From the NCBI GenBank assembly GCA_934086935.1, contig CAKOIQ010000001.1:8330-72329 (forward strand): DNA of 64,000 nucleotides, in the 5' to 3' direction. This document shows, one piece after another, positions 28,003-36,858 of the stretch. Origin of the DNA: an uncultured Bacilli bacterium. GTDB lineage: Bacteria > Bacillota_I > Bacilli_A > RF39 > UBA660. Within the stretch, counting starts at the first letter, position 1; each line of letters opens with the position of its first letter. The notes beneath the pieces were generated by a model. That model was given only the letters and a program-made list of their open reading frames with translations. It was not told the DNA's origin and searched no databases. The position numbers and the translations under genes were made by a program.

Positions 28003-30066
28003 TTATACTCCATAGTCACCATGTACAAATAAATTACATTCTTTTTTTCTTCTGTTTCTTAATCCAGTTTCAAAAATACTACCCCGCATAATAATATGTT
28101 CATGCCAAAACCCAGTGCATATTCTATCCGAACTTGAATAAGTATTATATGCAGAAGCGAAACCATTTAAATTTCCAGTATTGTATTCTAAACTCGTTAA
28201 AGCATCGACTTGATGGTTAACTAAGTTAGAAATACCACTTTGAGCAAGACTATTTTTTACATTATTTTGATGTTTTTTAAGAACTAAATTGTATACCTGA
28301 TCAATAACAGTTTTAGGGTAACTTTTACCACAATATTGACTAAATGGTGATGAAACTGTTATTCCAACTTGAGCAAATTGAGGAACGTTATTTCCTAAAG
28401 TTATTCCGTGTCCAACGGTAGGTATATCACCATCTATACAATAAACAACATAATTATCACCATCAGTTGGTCCTGTACCTTCAAGGCTTGCAAGAAATGC
28501 TGCTAATTTTGTACTGGTTGTTGGTCTTGGATTATTTACATCCAAGTAATCTAATGGATCTACAGCACTTGCTGTACTGTTACCTGTTCTTAATTCAAAG
28601 TGAAGTGCTACTACATCAGTATCGCCGGTTTTACCTGCTTTAGCAATTACTTGACCTTGATTGACTACATCTCCTTCTTCAACAGTTATTGAATCAGGAG
28701 CTAAAAACCCATAAATTGATTTATTACCATCTGAATGAGAAATTGTAATCATGTTACCATAACCACTATTACAAATTTTAGATTTTTCTTCATTTTCAGT
28801 ACATCCTTTTTTAACGTAAGTAACTGTACCGCCTTCAATGGCAATTACATATGTATCACCTGAATTACCTAAAGAACCAATATCAATACCGAAATTTTTT
28901 CTTTTTTTATTTCCATCTTGAGTTTTAATTTCACCGAATTTAGAAATTATATTTGTTGATACTGGATCTTTTTTAGCATATAAGATGCCATCAATTTCCT
29001 CAGTTTCTCTACTACCAATTGGAAAGTAATAGTTATATTCGGTAATTTCTCCATAATTAGCATTATACATGTCACTAGAACTTTCATACATTCTAACTAA
29101 TTCTTGAATTTCCTTGACAATTTGAGTATTTACAGCTATTTTTTCTTCATCACTTAAATCATAATTACCAGTTTTACTATTTTTAAAACGGTATTTTAAA
29201 TGAGGAATACCTTCTAAATAAGTACTTTTAGTTAAAAACTCCCAGTAACGATCTTCTGCTTTTTCTAAAGTATCTGAAACTTCATAACTAAAACTACTAT
29301 ATCCTTGAGCTGATGCTTCTGCTTGACAATTTGCTGCTTTATTACTGGTCATACCAAAGAAGCTTTGAATGCTTTCTAATGCTTTTTCCCAGAATCCTAG
29401 GTGTCTTTCACCAGTATTTATTAAGGTTTTACAGTTACCAGAATATTCATCTGCTTCACTACCATTTTCACATACTTGTTCTAGGGTTCCATCTTCAGCT
29501 GTTCTTTCAACTTTGGGTGATACACCATAACAAGCGGCACTATAGCCAACCATATTTTTAACTAATAATTTTAGGGTATCACTTCTTTTGGCTAAAGCAC
29601 TAGCATCATTAGTACTAACATCATATGCATCTATATCTTGATTATCATCATCATATGATGCAGCATTACTATTAGTAATCTTTCCATAATCATCTTTATT
29701 TTCACCATCATTATCAACTACATAACCGAATGGAATTTCAAAGAAAACAGTGGCTAAAATAACATTATCATTTAGTCCTACTACTCCTTTTTTTTCAAAT
29801 TTAGCTAATAATTTATAAAGTTTTGTATAAAACTTTTTTTGTTGTCTTAGAATTTTGTCTTCGCACTTTTTTTGTTTATCGCTTGATTCACAATCAGTAA
29901 GCCAATACTTTTTGTTTTTTTCAGCAAATTCATCCCAGTTAAAATCTGAATATTTAAAATAAGCAGCATTTACTGAAGAATTAGCAAAAAAGGATATCAA
30001 AAAAATTGATATAATTAATATCATTTTTTTGAATATCCTGTTTATATTACTACTTTGGTTTTTCAT
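28003..30066 (-). CDS. Secreted cell-wall hydrolase: degenerate M23/LytM domain plus C-terminal GH24 (phage-type) lysozyme domain, 687 aa
   Basis: Signal peptide. The M23-like core GIDIG...GYGNMITISH...VVALHFELR has N in place of the H-x3-D histidine and ALH in place of H-x-H. The C-terminus LEGTG...DGD...PTVGHGIT...QVDALTSLEYNTG resembles T4-lysozyme-family (E...D...T) domains. Confidence 0.7.
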   Translation of the reverse strand: MKNQSSNINRIFKKMILIISIFLISFFANSSVNAAYFKYSDFNWDEFAEKNKKYWLTDCESSDKQKKCEDKILRQQKKFYTKLYKLLAKFEKKGVVGLNDNVILATVFFEIPFGYVVDNDGENKDDYGKITNSNAASYDDDNQDIDAYDVSTNDASALAKRSDTLKLLVKNMVGYSAACYGVSPKVERTAEDGTLEQVCENGSEADEYSGNCKTLINTGERHLGFWEKALESIQSFFGMTSNKAANCQAEASAQGYSSFSYEVSDTLEKAEDRYWEFLTKSTYLEGIPHLKYRFKNSKTGNYDLSDEEKIAVNTQIVKEIQELVRMYESSSDMYNANYGEITEYNYYFPIGSRETEEIDGILYAKKDPVSTNIISKFGEIKTQDGNKKRKNFGIDIGSLGNSGDTYVIAIEGGTVTYVKKGCTENEEKSKICNSGYGNMITISHSDGNKSIYGFLAPDSITVEEGDVVNQGQVIAKAGKTGDTDVVALHFELRTGNSTASAVDPLDYLDVNNPRPTTSTKLAAFLASLEGTGPTDGDNYVVYCIDGDIPTVGHGITLGNNVPQFAQVGITVSSPFSQYCGKSYPKTVIDQVYNLVLKKHQNNVKNSLAQSGISNLVNHQVDALTSLEYNTGNLNGFASAYNTYSSSDRICTGFWHEHIIMRGSIFETGLRNRRKKECNLFVHGDYGV

Positions 30067-30089
30067 AGAATGGTTACACCACCTTTTTA

Positions 30090-31880
30090 CTATAAACCGC
30101 CACCTGAACCGAATGAATCTAATTCATCTTGAGTTAGTACGACATTTATTCTCATGCGTCGGTTTCCACATACAAATAAAGCTTCTCCTTGACTGTATGT
30201 TTTAATACTTTCTTTTTCATTGTCATTTAAGTCAATTAATTTACCTAAATCTTCAACTGCTTGTTTTCTTAATCCCATTACTAGATAATAAGATGCATTA
30301 TCAAAGATTGCTTTACCATGAACAAATACATTTGGAGCGGCAAAATCGGTAGGTTGTTGAGTAATAATAATTGTTCCTGTATTATACTTACGACTACGTC
30401 TTTGAACTTGAGCTAAGAACTCTGCTCCTAATTCATTTCTTGATGATAATAAAACATGGGCTTCATCTACGTACATTACTGTATTAATACTTTTATCTAA
30501 ACATAATCCCCAAGCATATTTTAATATATTGAAGAATAATGCATTACGAATATTTTCGTCACTATTCATAAGTTCTCTAATATTAAATACAATAAAATTA
30601 CTATTAAATTTTAATGTTGTATGACCATTAAAATAGAAACGTAATTCGTTTGTAAATGGTCTTATACGTAGTTCTAATCTTTCCATTACATCTTTTTCTC
30701 TTGTTGCTTCTGGCATAGATAATAATCTACCTTTAATTGTTGAGTAAACATCATCAAATGTTGGATAATCTTCTGATGTAAATGTACTAAAATCGGTATT
30801 GAAATCGATATTAAATCTCTTATATGTTTCTTGGCATATTTCACTAAACATTTGTAAAACATCGTCTTCAATAGTTGGATAATAATATTTCATAAATGCT
30901 TTAAGTGATTGAAGAGTTCGAGTTAAAACTGAATGTCCTAATCCTTCTTTTAATTCTTCTTCATCAGCATCAAAAATTACTTCTAATGGGTTAATTAAAC
31001 CATACTGGCCACCTTTACCTAAATCAATAAAGTCACCATTATAGTTTCTGGTCATATCTTCAAGTTCACCTTCAGGGTCAATTGCAATTATTCTACAGTT
31101 ATTACGAATATGAGTTCTTAATAACAATTTAGCTGCGGTACTCTTACCTGAACCAGATGTACCTAAGATAATTATGTTGGCATTATTTCGATTAAATTCT
31201 TTTTTAATTTGATATAAGAATTGGTTAAATAAAACAACTCCACCTGAGAAATCTACACCTAGTAATGTAGCTGATCCGGGATCTTTAATACTATCAAAGA
31301 CAAATGGATACATTGCCGCAATTGTTGGACTTGGAATTGGAATACCAACACGATCTTCGATATCTTGTTTTGGGAAAATTGGTAACATTGATTTTAGAAC
31401 TTTTTCTTGTTCAAACATCATTGGAATACCACGCATTCCCATCGCATCTAAATAGTTTCTAATTTGAATTTTTTTATTTTCTAATTCTTCTTTTGAATCA
31501 GCAGTAATCATAATATGCATTTGAAAATCAAATATCTTTGATTGTGTTGCTGCAAGCATTTGGACAAATGTTTCTAAAGATTCATAGTCTTGACGATATC
31601 TTTCTTGTAATGTACGATCATTTTCTTTTTGATATCTTTGTTTTAAGTCCACTATTTCTTTATTAATCATTCTACTCATTTCTGAGAAATTAATAGGAAT
31701 ATGTTTAATTACTACTTTTATACCAGGTAAATTCGTAACTGACGCTAAGAATCCCGGTCCTATCATTTTAGGATAACTAATAATTGTTAAGATTGTGGCA
31801 TATTTGTCACTAATCATAAAATCATTAATGTTAAAATTCATACCCTTAGGGGCAATTTCACTTTTAAATACATTAGACAT
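30090..31880 (-). CDS. VirB4-like T4SS ATPase, C-terminal (ATPase) part of a split gene
   Basis: Walker A IIILGTSGSGKST and Walker B VMYVDEAHVLL. 596 aa. The start ATG overlaps the stop of the upstream fragment (ATGTCTAA, 8 nt). Confidence 0.85.
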   Translation of the reverse strand: MSNVFKSEIAPKGMNFNINDFMISDKYATILTIISYPKMIGPGFLASVTNLPGIKVVIKHIPINFSEMSRMINKEIVDLKQRYQKENDRTLQERYRQDYESLETFVQMLAATQSKIFDFQMHIMITADSKEELENKKIQIRNYLDAMGMRGIPMMFEQEKVLKSMLPIFPKQDIEDRVGIPIPSPTIAAMYPFVFDSIKDPGSATLLGVDFSGGVVLFNQFLYQIKKEFNRNNANIIILGTSGSGKSTAAKLLLRTHIRNNCRIIAIDPEGELEDMTRNYNGDFIDLGKGGQYGLINPLEVIFDADEEELKEGLGHSVLTRTLQSLKAFMKYYYPTIEDDVLQMFSEICQETYKRFNIDFNTDFSTFTSEDYPTFDDVYSTIKGRLLSMPEATREKDVMERLELRIRPFTNELRFYFNGHTTLKFNSNFIVFNIRELMNSDENIRNALFFNILKYAWGLCLDKSINTVMYVDEAHVLLSSRNELGAEFLAQVQRRSRKYNTGTIIITQQPTDFAAPNVFVHGKAIFDNASYYLVMGLRKQAVEDLGKLIDLNDNEKESIKTYSQGEALFVCGNRRMRINVVLTQDELDSFGSGGGL

Positions 31881-32430
31881 CAGTCATCACCGTCCCATAA
31901 TCATTCTTAGCTCCACCATTTAAGAAATTTTGAAGTAAGAATTTTAAATCTTCATCACTTGTTTGGGCTGAATTTAGCCCTAATTGTGCTAAATTACCAA
32001 TAAGTTGTTGGATTCTTTTTTGTACTATTTCTAATTTTTTATCTCTAAATAAAATATAATATTCTGTATCAACTACATTCATTGCTGTTCCCGCAAAATC
32101 TTCAGCTTTGCTAATATCTTGACTAATCATTTTTCTAATCGCTTGATTTGGGGCATTATCGTATTGTAATTGAAGTTGTGACATATATAATTTAATATCT
32201 ACAGGTCTATCAGCAACTATTAACCAGAACTCATAATCTATTGTGTTATAGAAATTTCTGAAATTAAATATGATATTATTTTGTGTTTGATAATCTAAGA
32301 TAAAGATATTTTTAGGTTCAACTTTGATACCAGTTACATAGTAATCATTATTTAGTTGAATCATTCCATTTTGGATTGCCTTTATAGGTACCCAATCTTC
32401 TGTATATTTACTTTGTGATGTCTTCGCCAT
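31873..32430 (-). CDS. VirB4-like T4SS ATPase, N-terminal fragment (186 aa)
   Basis: I moved the start to the ATG at 32428-32430 (MAKTSQSKYTEDWVPIKAIQNGMIQLNNDYYVTGIKVEPKNIF), which has GGTGG upstream. The sequence matches the conserved N-terminal domain of Gram-positive VirB4 homologs (PrgJ/TcpF/ConE type). Confidence 0.65.
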   Translation of the reverse strand: MAKTSQSKYTEDWVPIKAIQNGMIQLNNDYYVTGIKVEPKNIFILDYQTQNNIIFNFRNFYNTIDYEFWLIVADRPVDIKLYMSQLQLQYDNAPNQAIRKMISQDISKAEDFAGTAMNVVDTEYYILFRDKKLEIVQKRIQQLIGNLAQLGLNSAQTSDEDLKFLLQNFLNGGAKNDYGTVMTDV

Positions 32431-32725
32431 AACCACCACACCAACCTTTCCAATAGTAAGTTCTTCGGCCTGCAAAATATGTATATACATTGCGTATTAA
32501 TGTTCTAATATTGTGTTGATTAGGAACTGGTACAACTAAGAAAGAACAAATTAAAGCTGGTGATAAAATCAATAATATTCCTTTTATTGTACTTGCAGAT
32601 TTTGCTAACATTAAAATAACCGTTAATAGAACTCCGCCTCCAAATATTATTAAATCCATTTTATTAAACATTCCTAAAATCAACATAGATTTTTTTGAGT
32701 TTGCTGGAATTAAAAATTCATTCAC
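32408..32725 (-). CDS. PrgI/TcpE (VirB3-like) small T4SS membrane protein
   Basis: 105 aa with two TM helices. Its position immediately upstream of VirB4 and the C-terminal Y-x-x-x-R-x-x-Y-x-W pattern fit this family. Confidence 0.55.
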   Translation of the reverse strand: MNEFLIPANSKKSMLILGMFNKMDLIIFGGGVLLTVILMLAKSASTIKGILLILSPALICSFLVVPVPNQHNIRTLIRNVYTYFAGRRTYYWKGWCGGYGEDITK

Positions 32726-32741
32726 TATTTATTCCTCCTTT

Positions 32742-33161
32742 TTATTTCATTCCTAATACTTCTAATTTTTGAAGATTATCAACACATTTTTCATAATTGT
32801 GATAATAATCTAAACTAGGTAAGGCTTGAGTAATGCTTGGTGGCACTCTCAAACCTAACTTAGCTGCTGTTGCTTGATTTTTAATTAATAAATCATTTAA
32901 TTGCATTATTGTTTCACTTATAATTCTAGGATAACTAGTTCTTAAACCATCTAGAAGTCTTCCTATCGATTGTTCATATTCAACATCAATGGAATCTAGC
33001 ATTGATTTTTCCATTTCTGGTGCTAACATTAATTGATAAACACTATCTTCTCTTATTCTTTTAATTGACTCAATTTCTTCTAGTTCATCTTTATCAATTA
33101 CATTGTACATTAGAAGAAATTGAACTGTGTAATCTTCACAAAATTTAGATTCACTTTTCAT
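32742..33161 (-). CDS. Hypothetical acidic cytoplasmic protein of the T4SS cluster (139 aa)
   Basis: ORF with no TM helix. No family recognised. Confidence 0.4.
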   Translation of the reverse strand: MKSESKFCEDYTVQFLLMYNVIDKDELEEIESIKRIREDSVYQLMLAPEMEKSMLDSIDVEYEQSIGRLLDGLRTSYPRIISETIMQLNDLLIKNQATAAKLGLRVPPSITQALPSLDYYHNYEKCVDNLQKLEVLGMK

Positions 33162-35965
33162 TATTTCTTCTCACCACCATTTCCTTTATTTCCTGAATTA
33201 ACTGCTGCAAGTTCAGAAATACTCATAGCATTGCCAAGGGATTTCTTTAATTGGTCAATTGCTTTAACCGTATCTGCTGTGATATTGTCTCCGCCAGCTC
33301 GCAATGCTGAAAATGTTTTCCTTAATGCTGCTTGGAATTTTTCTGGAGTTCTATCTTCTTTTCTATCTCCTAATTGTAATATTTTAGCCATTTTATCGCT
33401 ATAGATAGCACTTTGTGATTCTGTACTCATCTTATCAATACTTGACAAAATTTGTTCTTCTGTTTCTTGATTAAATGCAACTTTTAAAGTAGCACTATTC
33501 TCTCGCATACTAGCAATTTTGGCATCCATTTTTTCGTCTTTAATCTTGTTTTCCATGTCTGATATTTTTCCTGATTCATCAGCTGTAATTTTAGTTTTAT
33601 TGGCTTCATGTTCTGATGCTAGTTTTGTTTCACGTTCTGACCCAGTTTCTTCAATTGTTTTAAATTCAGTTTGTACTTTATCAATGCTTTCAGTTGCTTG
33701 TTGAGTAATTTTTTGGATTTGAGCGGTTTTTTCTTCTGCAGTTAATATTGTATGATTATTAACTTTTTCAACTTCAGTTTTTTGTATTTCACTTATGGTT
33801 TTAACTACCATTTCAGCGGTACCACTTTGTAATTTTTCTTTTGTAGCGGTTGCTTGAGTCATTACTTGTTGTTTTGCAGTTATTTTTTGTTCTAAAGTCA
33901 TTCCAGTGTTTGCATCAATATCAGCACATGCTAGTGTTGCATTGTTATCTACAATATTAGAATAATTCTCTATCACACTAGAAACGGCTTCATGTTTTCT
34001 TTCGACTTTTGCAGCAGCTAATTTTGCCTGATAGCTTACGTCTTCTTCATGAAGTGCTCTTTGTGTTGTACTAATAATTGCACTTTTTCTTGATGCTTTT
34101 TCTGCGTCTAATTCGGCATCTTTACCACTCATAAACTTTAAGTTTAAGCCTCTCTCTAAAGCAGTTTTTGCATCAGTTATAGCAGCTTTATCTGCTGATA
34201 ACCTTGCACTATTTGATGTACCTAATGCTGAATCGATTTTATTTTTTAACCACCATCCAGGATCAAATTTAGTATTTTGATTTGGAGCAACTTGATCATT
34301 GTCTACTATTCCGACTGGTCTTGTCATATCATCTTTAAGATTTCCAAGAGCACCGTAAATTCCCGGAAAGAAATAAGAACCAGTTTTGACTCCGTTTTTA
34401 GTTGCACGTTCAAGTCTTTGTCCTCTTTTTGCGTCACGTTTTGCAAATTCTTCTTGGTTTTTGGCATCCTGCGTTTTAATAGTATTGCCTATGTCGTTTA
34501 TATCAACATTGCCGGCATTCCATCCGTTCGCAGCGGTTTCCACAACTCTTCCGGCTGTTCTTCCAACCGTTCCTACTGCTCCAGCTACTGACGCAAGACT
34601 ATCTACAACTTTTCCAGCACCGCTTAAACCTTGACGATATTTTTTATGTTCTTCTTTATATTTTTGTCTTTTTAGTCTCGCTTTATATTGTTCTGATTCT
34701 GGATCATGTCTTGCTTTATATGCATTCCAAGCAAGTTTAGCGCCGCCTCTTCCTAAAGCACCTCCAGCAACTGCAGCTCTTTTAGCATATTCATTTTCAT
34801 TAATTCTATTTTTCATACCAGCTGTGCTTGTATCAATATGTTCGATATTGAATAAGTCTTCTACCATTTTTGGTGAATCTTTTGCAAATTGTAAAACACC
34901 TATTATTAATGCAACTTGTGCTAGTGTAACTGCTAATCCAATACCTTCTCTTGAACTAGGGAATAATGTGCCTAAATCTTGGCTTGCTTCGGTAATTAAG
35001 TTGATTGTAAACATTGCAAAATTTATAATTATTAATCTTAAGAATAAAGCAGTAAATGTTTTTATTACTTCGTTAGTCCATCTTGTAAATGTTCCTCCGA
35101 CAGGTTTAATTACTCTCATCATGACAGGAACAGGAGCTATTAATCTATAGAAGATTAGTTTTATTGCTCTAATTGCCACATCGATTGTAAATAATAAATA
35201 TAACCATGCTGCATATGCACCTGCAACAACGGGTATAATTGCAACATGTTCCATTTGACCATCAACTAGTGCATCATTTAGATCTTCATCAAGAATAAAT
35301 TCTTTTACTTTACCTGTAGTTAATGCCTCATCATATTTTTCAACATATGTTTGACAAATTTTTGGTTTATTTTTATCAGGGTTTTCAGGATCATCATACT
35401 TACATTTACTGTATGTATATGCTTCTCCATCTTCATTAACAGGATAATAAAAGGCTGAATAAATAGTTAGCGCTATTTTAGAACCTGAATTTAAAATAAG
35501 ATCATCATTATTTGTATCTGAACCTGTACCTAAAATAATATTTCCTATAACATTGGTACTAATAATTCTTGCTTGTAATTGCATTATGTAATCGAATGTA
35601 ATGGGAATTAATGATATCATAATAACTGATATTACTACGTTTTTAGCTATTCCTTGCATTGAATCGTTACCATTTTGTCCAAATTTATCAGGATCTGCCA
35701 TTAAACATAGAATCTTGTACGCAACAAAGAAAAGCATGCCAATGCCTAATATTACATATAAACGATTCATTAATTCATTCATTTTTTCAACAATAGTTGG
35801 GCTCTCTAAGTTTACGTTGACTGTTAAATAGAAAACTTGTCCTATCAATTTAACAAAATAAAATATAACTGAATCAATTGTTAAAATTAGGAAATTTAGC
35901 AATTTTTTAAAAACGTCGCCTATTTTATCAGCAATTGAACCAATTAATAGCATTTGATTTAACAT
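33161..35965 (-). CDS. VirB6/TrbL/TcpH-like polytopic T4SS membrane protein with long coiled-coil C-terminal extension (934 aa)
   Basis: The N-terminal ~400 aa contain multiple TM helices. The C-terminal ~530 aa are A/K/E/T-rich and predicted helical or coiled coil. A GGTGA SD is present. Confidence 0.65.
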   Translation of the reverse strand: MLNQMLLIGSIADKIGDVFKKLLNFLILTIDSVIFYFVKLIGQVFYLTVNVNLESPTIVEKMNELMNRLYVILGIGMLFFVAYKILCLMADPDKFGQNGNDSMQGIAKNVVISVIMISLIPITFDYIMQLQARIISTNVIGNIILGTGSDTNNDDLILNSGSKIALTIYSAFYYPVNEDGEAYTYSKCKYDDPENPDKNKPKICQTYVEKYDEALTTGKVKEFILDEDLNDALVDGQMEHVAIIPVVAGAYAAWLYLLFTIDVAIRAIKLIFYRLIAPVPVMMRVIKPVGGTFTRWTNEVIKTFTALFLRLIIINFAMFTINLITEASQDLGTLFPSSREGIGLAVTLAQVALIIGVLQFAKDSPKMVEDLFNIEHIDTSTAGMKNRINENEYAKRAAVAGGALGRGGAKLAWNAYKARHDPESEQYKARLKRQKYKEEHKKYRQGLSGAGKVVDSLASVAGAVGTVGRTAGRVVETAANGWNAGNVDINDIGNTIKTQDAKNQEEFAKRDAKRGQRLERATKNGVKTGSYFFPGIYGALGNLKDDMTRPVGIVDNDQVAPNQNTKFDPGWWLKNKIDSALGTSNSARLSADKAAITDAKTALERGLNLKFMSGKDAELDAEKASRKSAIISTTQRALHEEDVSYQAKLAAAKVERKHEAVSSVIENYSNIVDNNATLACADIDANTGMTLEQKITAKQQVMTQATATKEKLQSGTAEMVVKTISEIQKTEVEKVNNHTILTAEEKTAQIQKITQQATESIDKVQTEFKTIEETGSERETKLASEHEANKTKITADESGKISDMENKIKDEKMDAKIASMRENSATLKVAFNQETEEQILSSIDKMSTESQSAIYSDKMAKILQLGDRKEDRTPEKFQAALRKTFSALRAGGDNITADTVKAIDQLKKSLGNAMSISELAAVNSGNKGNGGEKK

Positions 35966-35975
35966 AAAAAGTCAC

Positions 35976-36368
35976 CTACCCCACTACACAAGATTTATAA
36001 TTTGGATCTAAAAGTCCTAATAATAAGTTTATAAATGTTGGTAAAAACACTAAAATTACCATTAAAATTAAACGTGTTGTTAATCGTTTATTACACTTTT
36101 TTAATCCTTCAGCATCTTTTGAAAAAATGGCCATGGCGTATTCATAAACTGTATAAACAAATACAAGGATAGGTCCGATAATTTTTATTGCTCTAAAAAT
36201 GTTATCTAAGTCCGGTTTTAGACCTGATAAAACCCCTTCACAATTAGAATCACCTGTTATGGTATTATCTGGATTAATGCCTTCATCAACGGTTCCAGCA
36301 GCAAGTACCATGTTGGCTTTTAACAAATATAAAATAATAATATATAATAAAGTTTTTATTTTTTTCAT
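35976..36368 (-). CDS. T4SS pilin-like (VirB2/TrbC-type two-TM hairpin) protein, paralog 1
   Basis: I moved the start to MKKIKTLLYIIILYL... (GGTGGA SD). It has a signal peptide and then the shared core C-x...IK-I-x-P-I-L...YEY-x-x-AI...LKK-x-x-K-R-L...VFLPTFI. Confidence 0.55.
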   Translation of the reverse strand: MKKIKTLLYIIILYLLKANMVLAAGTVDEGINPDNTITGDSNCEGVLSGLKPDLDNIFRAIKIIGPILVFVYTVYEYAMAIFSKDAEGLKKCNKRLTTRLILMVILVFLPTFINLLLGLLDPNYKSCVVG

Positions 36369-36414
36369 AGAAGTTTCCACCCATTTTCTATATAATTTAC
36401 CATTCAAAATTATA

Positions 36415-36445
36415 TCATAAAAAAAAACAACAGTAAAGTTGTTTC
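36415..36445 (-). terminator. Rho-independent terminator after pilin-like paralog 2
   Basis: On the minus strand, AAACAAC-tttact-GTTGTTT is followed by a run of about 8 T. Confidence 0.65.
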
Positions 36446-36459
36446 TTTTGGTATTTTTA

Positions 36460-36798
36460 TCATTCTTTTACTTCACAATCCCATGGGTATAAGATACATG
36501 TTTTGCAAACATCAAAACCAATTTTATTCTTAGAATTTTTAAAACCTTGAATTGTATCAAATAACCATAACACTATTGTTGGGATAAAAAAGATAATAAC
36601 TCCGGCAATAGCACGATACATAAGTGTTTTTGCAGATTTTTTAATTTCATCGTCTTTAGCAGCTGTTACTGCTTTTCCAAAGTCAAACATACCTAAACCT
36701 ACAATTAATAAAGGAATTGCGACTTTAAAAATAGTTAAAACCCATCCTGCAAATTGTAAGACTTGACTTGCTTCTGAGCAAAAACCATCCATATTCAT
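36460..36798 (-). CDS. T4SS pilin-like (VirB2/TrbC-type two-TM hairpin) protein, paralog 2 (112 aa)
   Basis: Two TM helices flank a charged loop (FDFGKAVTAAKDDEIKKSAKTLMYR...IIFFIPTIV). It is a monocistronic unit with its own promoter, an AAGGAGAAG SD and a terminator. Confidence 0.6.
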   Translation of the reverse strand: MNMDGFCSEASQVLQFAGWVLTIFKVAIPLLIVGLGMFDFGKAVTAAKDDEIKKSAKTLMYRAIAGVIIFFIPTIVLWLFDTIQGFKNSKNKIGFDVCKTCILYPWDCEVKE

Positions 36799-36825
36799 AT
36801 TAATCTTCTCCTTACTTCATTTTTA

Positions 36826-36854
36826 ATTTTATATTATTTTATTATCATTGTCAA
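36826..36854 (-). promoter_or_regulatory. Promoter of pilin-like paralog 2
   Basis: The minus strand reads TTGACA, a 17-nt spacer and TAAAAT. Confidence 0.55.
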
Positions 36855-36858
36855 TTAA

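Noticed and set aside
30686-30871. Minus-strand 61-aa ORF inside the VirB4 ATPase gene
   Set aside because: It is an alternative frame of a strongly supported coding region and has no independent signals.
33120-36420. Cluster of long plus-strand ORFs (33120-33404, 33519-33704, 34277-34591, 34386-34634, 34824-35150, 35601-35831, 36199-36420)
   Set aside because: All are antisense to the VirB6-like gene or to pilin-like paralog 1. The locally higher GC of that coding region reduces stop-codon frequency in the opposite frames. They have no SD sequences or recognisable motifs.
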